The notes beneath the pieces are model-generated. The model had not been told where the DNA came from, did no database searches, and saw nothing but the letters and a program-made list of their open reading frames with translations. A program made the position numbers and the translations under genes. This document shows positions 24,199 through 25,494 of a stretch of DNA of 25,494 nucleotides, in pieces. Numbering within the stretch: position 1 is the stretch's first letter; each line of letters opens with the position of its first letter. This DNA comes from a virus (lineage: Duplodnaviria; Heunggongvirae; Uroviricota; Caudoviricetes). Location of the stretch: IMG/VR virus record IMGVR_UViG_2703718826_000004; one strand, 5' to 3'.

Positions 24199-25494
24199 AT
24201 GAGAGAAGTTGAAATGAAATATCCGACAGGCGTGGAAAACCATGGAGGGAAATTACGTATCTGGTTTGTTTATAAAGACGTAAGAGTCAGGGAAAATCTG
24301 GGGGTTCCTGACACAGCAAAAAACAGGCGCGTTGCAGGTGAACTACGCTCCTCTGTTTGTTACGCAATAAAAACTGGTGTTTTCGACTATGCAAAACAGT
24401 TTCCCTCCTCACGCAATCTGGAAAAATTTGGTGAGGCCCGACAAGATTTAACCATAAAAGAACTGGCTGAAAAATTTCTGGCACTGAAAGAAACTGAAGT
24501 CGCCAAAACATCACTCAACACATACCGTGCCGTCATCAAAAATATCCTGAGCATAATCGGTGAAAAAAATCTTGCCTCATCGATTAATAAAGAAAAATTA
24601 CTGGAGGTTCGTAAAGAGTTACTGACTGGATACCAGATCCCCAAAAGTAACTATATTGTTACACAACCAGGGAGATCGGCTGTAACTGTAAATAATTACA
24701 TGACAAATCTTAACGCCGTGTTCCAGTTTGGTGTTGATAACGGTTACCTGGCAGATAATCCGTTTAAGGGGATCTCGCCATTAAAGGAATCAAGAACCAT
24801 TCCGGATCCTCTTTCGCGGGAAGAATTTATCCGTCTTATCGATGCGTGCAGAAATCAGCAAGCAAAAAATTTATGGTGTGTTTCTGTTTATACTGGAGTT
24901 CGCCCTGGTGAGCTGTGTGCACTTGGATGGGAGGACATAGATCTGAAAAATGGAACAATGATGATCAGGAGAAATTTAGCAAAAGACCGTTTCACGGTAC
25001 CAAAAACACAGGCGGGAACCAATCGGGTCATTCATCTTATTAAGCCAGCAATCGACGCTCTCCGGAGTCAGATGACATTAACGAGACTGAGCAAAGAGCA
25101 TATCATTGATGTTCACCTCAGAGAGTATGGCAGAACAGAAAAACAAAAATGCACCTTTGTTTTTCAACCTGAAGTGTCAGCGAGAGTAAAAAATTATGGT
25201 GACCATTTTACCGTTGACTCAATAAGGCAGATGTGGGACGCAGCGATAAAACGTGCCGGACTCCGCCATCGAAAATCATATCAGTCGAGACATACTTATG
25301 CCTGCTGGTCGCTGACAGCTGGTGCTAACCCGGCATTTATAGCAAACCAGATGGGCCATGCAGATGCGCAAATGGTATTTCAGGTATACGGAAAATGGAT
25401 GTCTGAAAACAATAATGCACAGGTAGCTTTGTTAAATACACAGTTAAGCGAGTATGCCCCAACCATGCCCCATAACGAAGCAATGAAAAATTAA
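24199..25494 (+). CDS. phage integrase (tyrosine recombinase)
   Basis: 431-aa ORF (likely start at 24214, MKYPTGVENHGG). The C-terminal catalytic region has RHTYACWSL and MGHADAQMVFQVYGKW (HxxR and the Tyr nucleophile). Confidence 0.9.
   Translation: MREVEMKYPTGVENHGGKLRIWFVYKDVRVRENLGVPDTAKNRRVAGELRSSVCYAIKTGVFDYAKQFPSSRNLEKFGEARQDLTIKELAEKFLALKETEVAKTSLNTYRAVIKNILSIIGEKNLASSINKEKLLEVRKELLTGYQIPKSNYIVTQPGRSAVTVNNYMTNLNAVFQFGVDNGYLADNPFKGISPLKESRTIPDPLSREEFIRLIDACRNQQAKNLWCVSVYTGVRPGELCALGWEDIDLKNGTMMIRRNLAKDRFTVPKTQAGTNRVIHLIKPAIDALRSQMTLTRLSKEHIIDVHLREYGRTEKQKCTFVFQPEVSARVKNYGDHFTVDSIRQMWDAAIKRAGLRHRKSYQSRHTYACWSLTAGANPAFIANQMGHADAQMVFQVYGKWMSENNNAQVALLNTQLSEYAPTMPHNEAMKN

Overview
The window reads as one heavily deleted lambdoid (Qin-like) cryptic prophage of Escherichia coli/Shigella, running from a junction inside the transporter gene ydfJ (about position 1285) to the integrase gene at the right edge. 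I found no convincing novel system; most content matches known cryptic-prophage genes, and the findings below are the parts the known genes do not fully explain. Gene order, left to right: ydfJ (minus strand, N-terminally truncated) | ydfK, pinQ invertase, tfaQ, a 5'-truncated side tail fiber, a 40-codon gpW stub, terminase A and Nu1, a lambda-type cos site | ynfO-like, ydfO, gnsB, a small ORF, cspI | lysis cassette (Rz/Rz1 apparently frameshifted, rrrQ lysozyme, ydfR, essQ holin) | a small zinc-ribbon ORF, cspB, cspF | antiterminator quuQ | ydfU (HNH-like) with a coupled upstream ORF, rem | hokD-relE-relB | ydfV, flxA | a DDE transposase flanked by a repeated 12-bp motif | a small membrane protein | a DEDDh exonuclease-domain protein, an excisionase-like gene and a tyrosine integrase. 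Head and tail morphogenesis genes are deleted (gpW codon 41 joined to mid-stf), and no repressor, replication or dicA/dicB/dicF genes were seen. No rRNA, tRNA or CRISPR array was seen. All calls rest on reading the supplied ORF translations, hand translation of selected stretches and recalled family knowledge; no database search was run.
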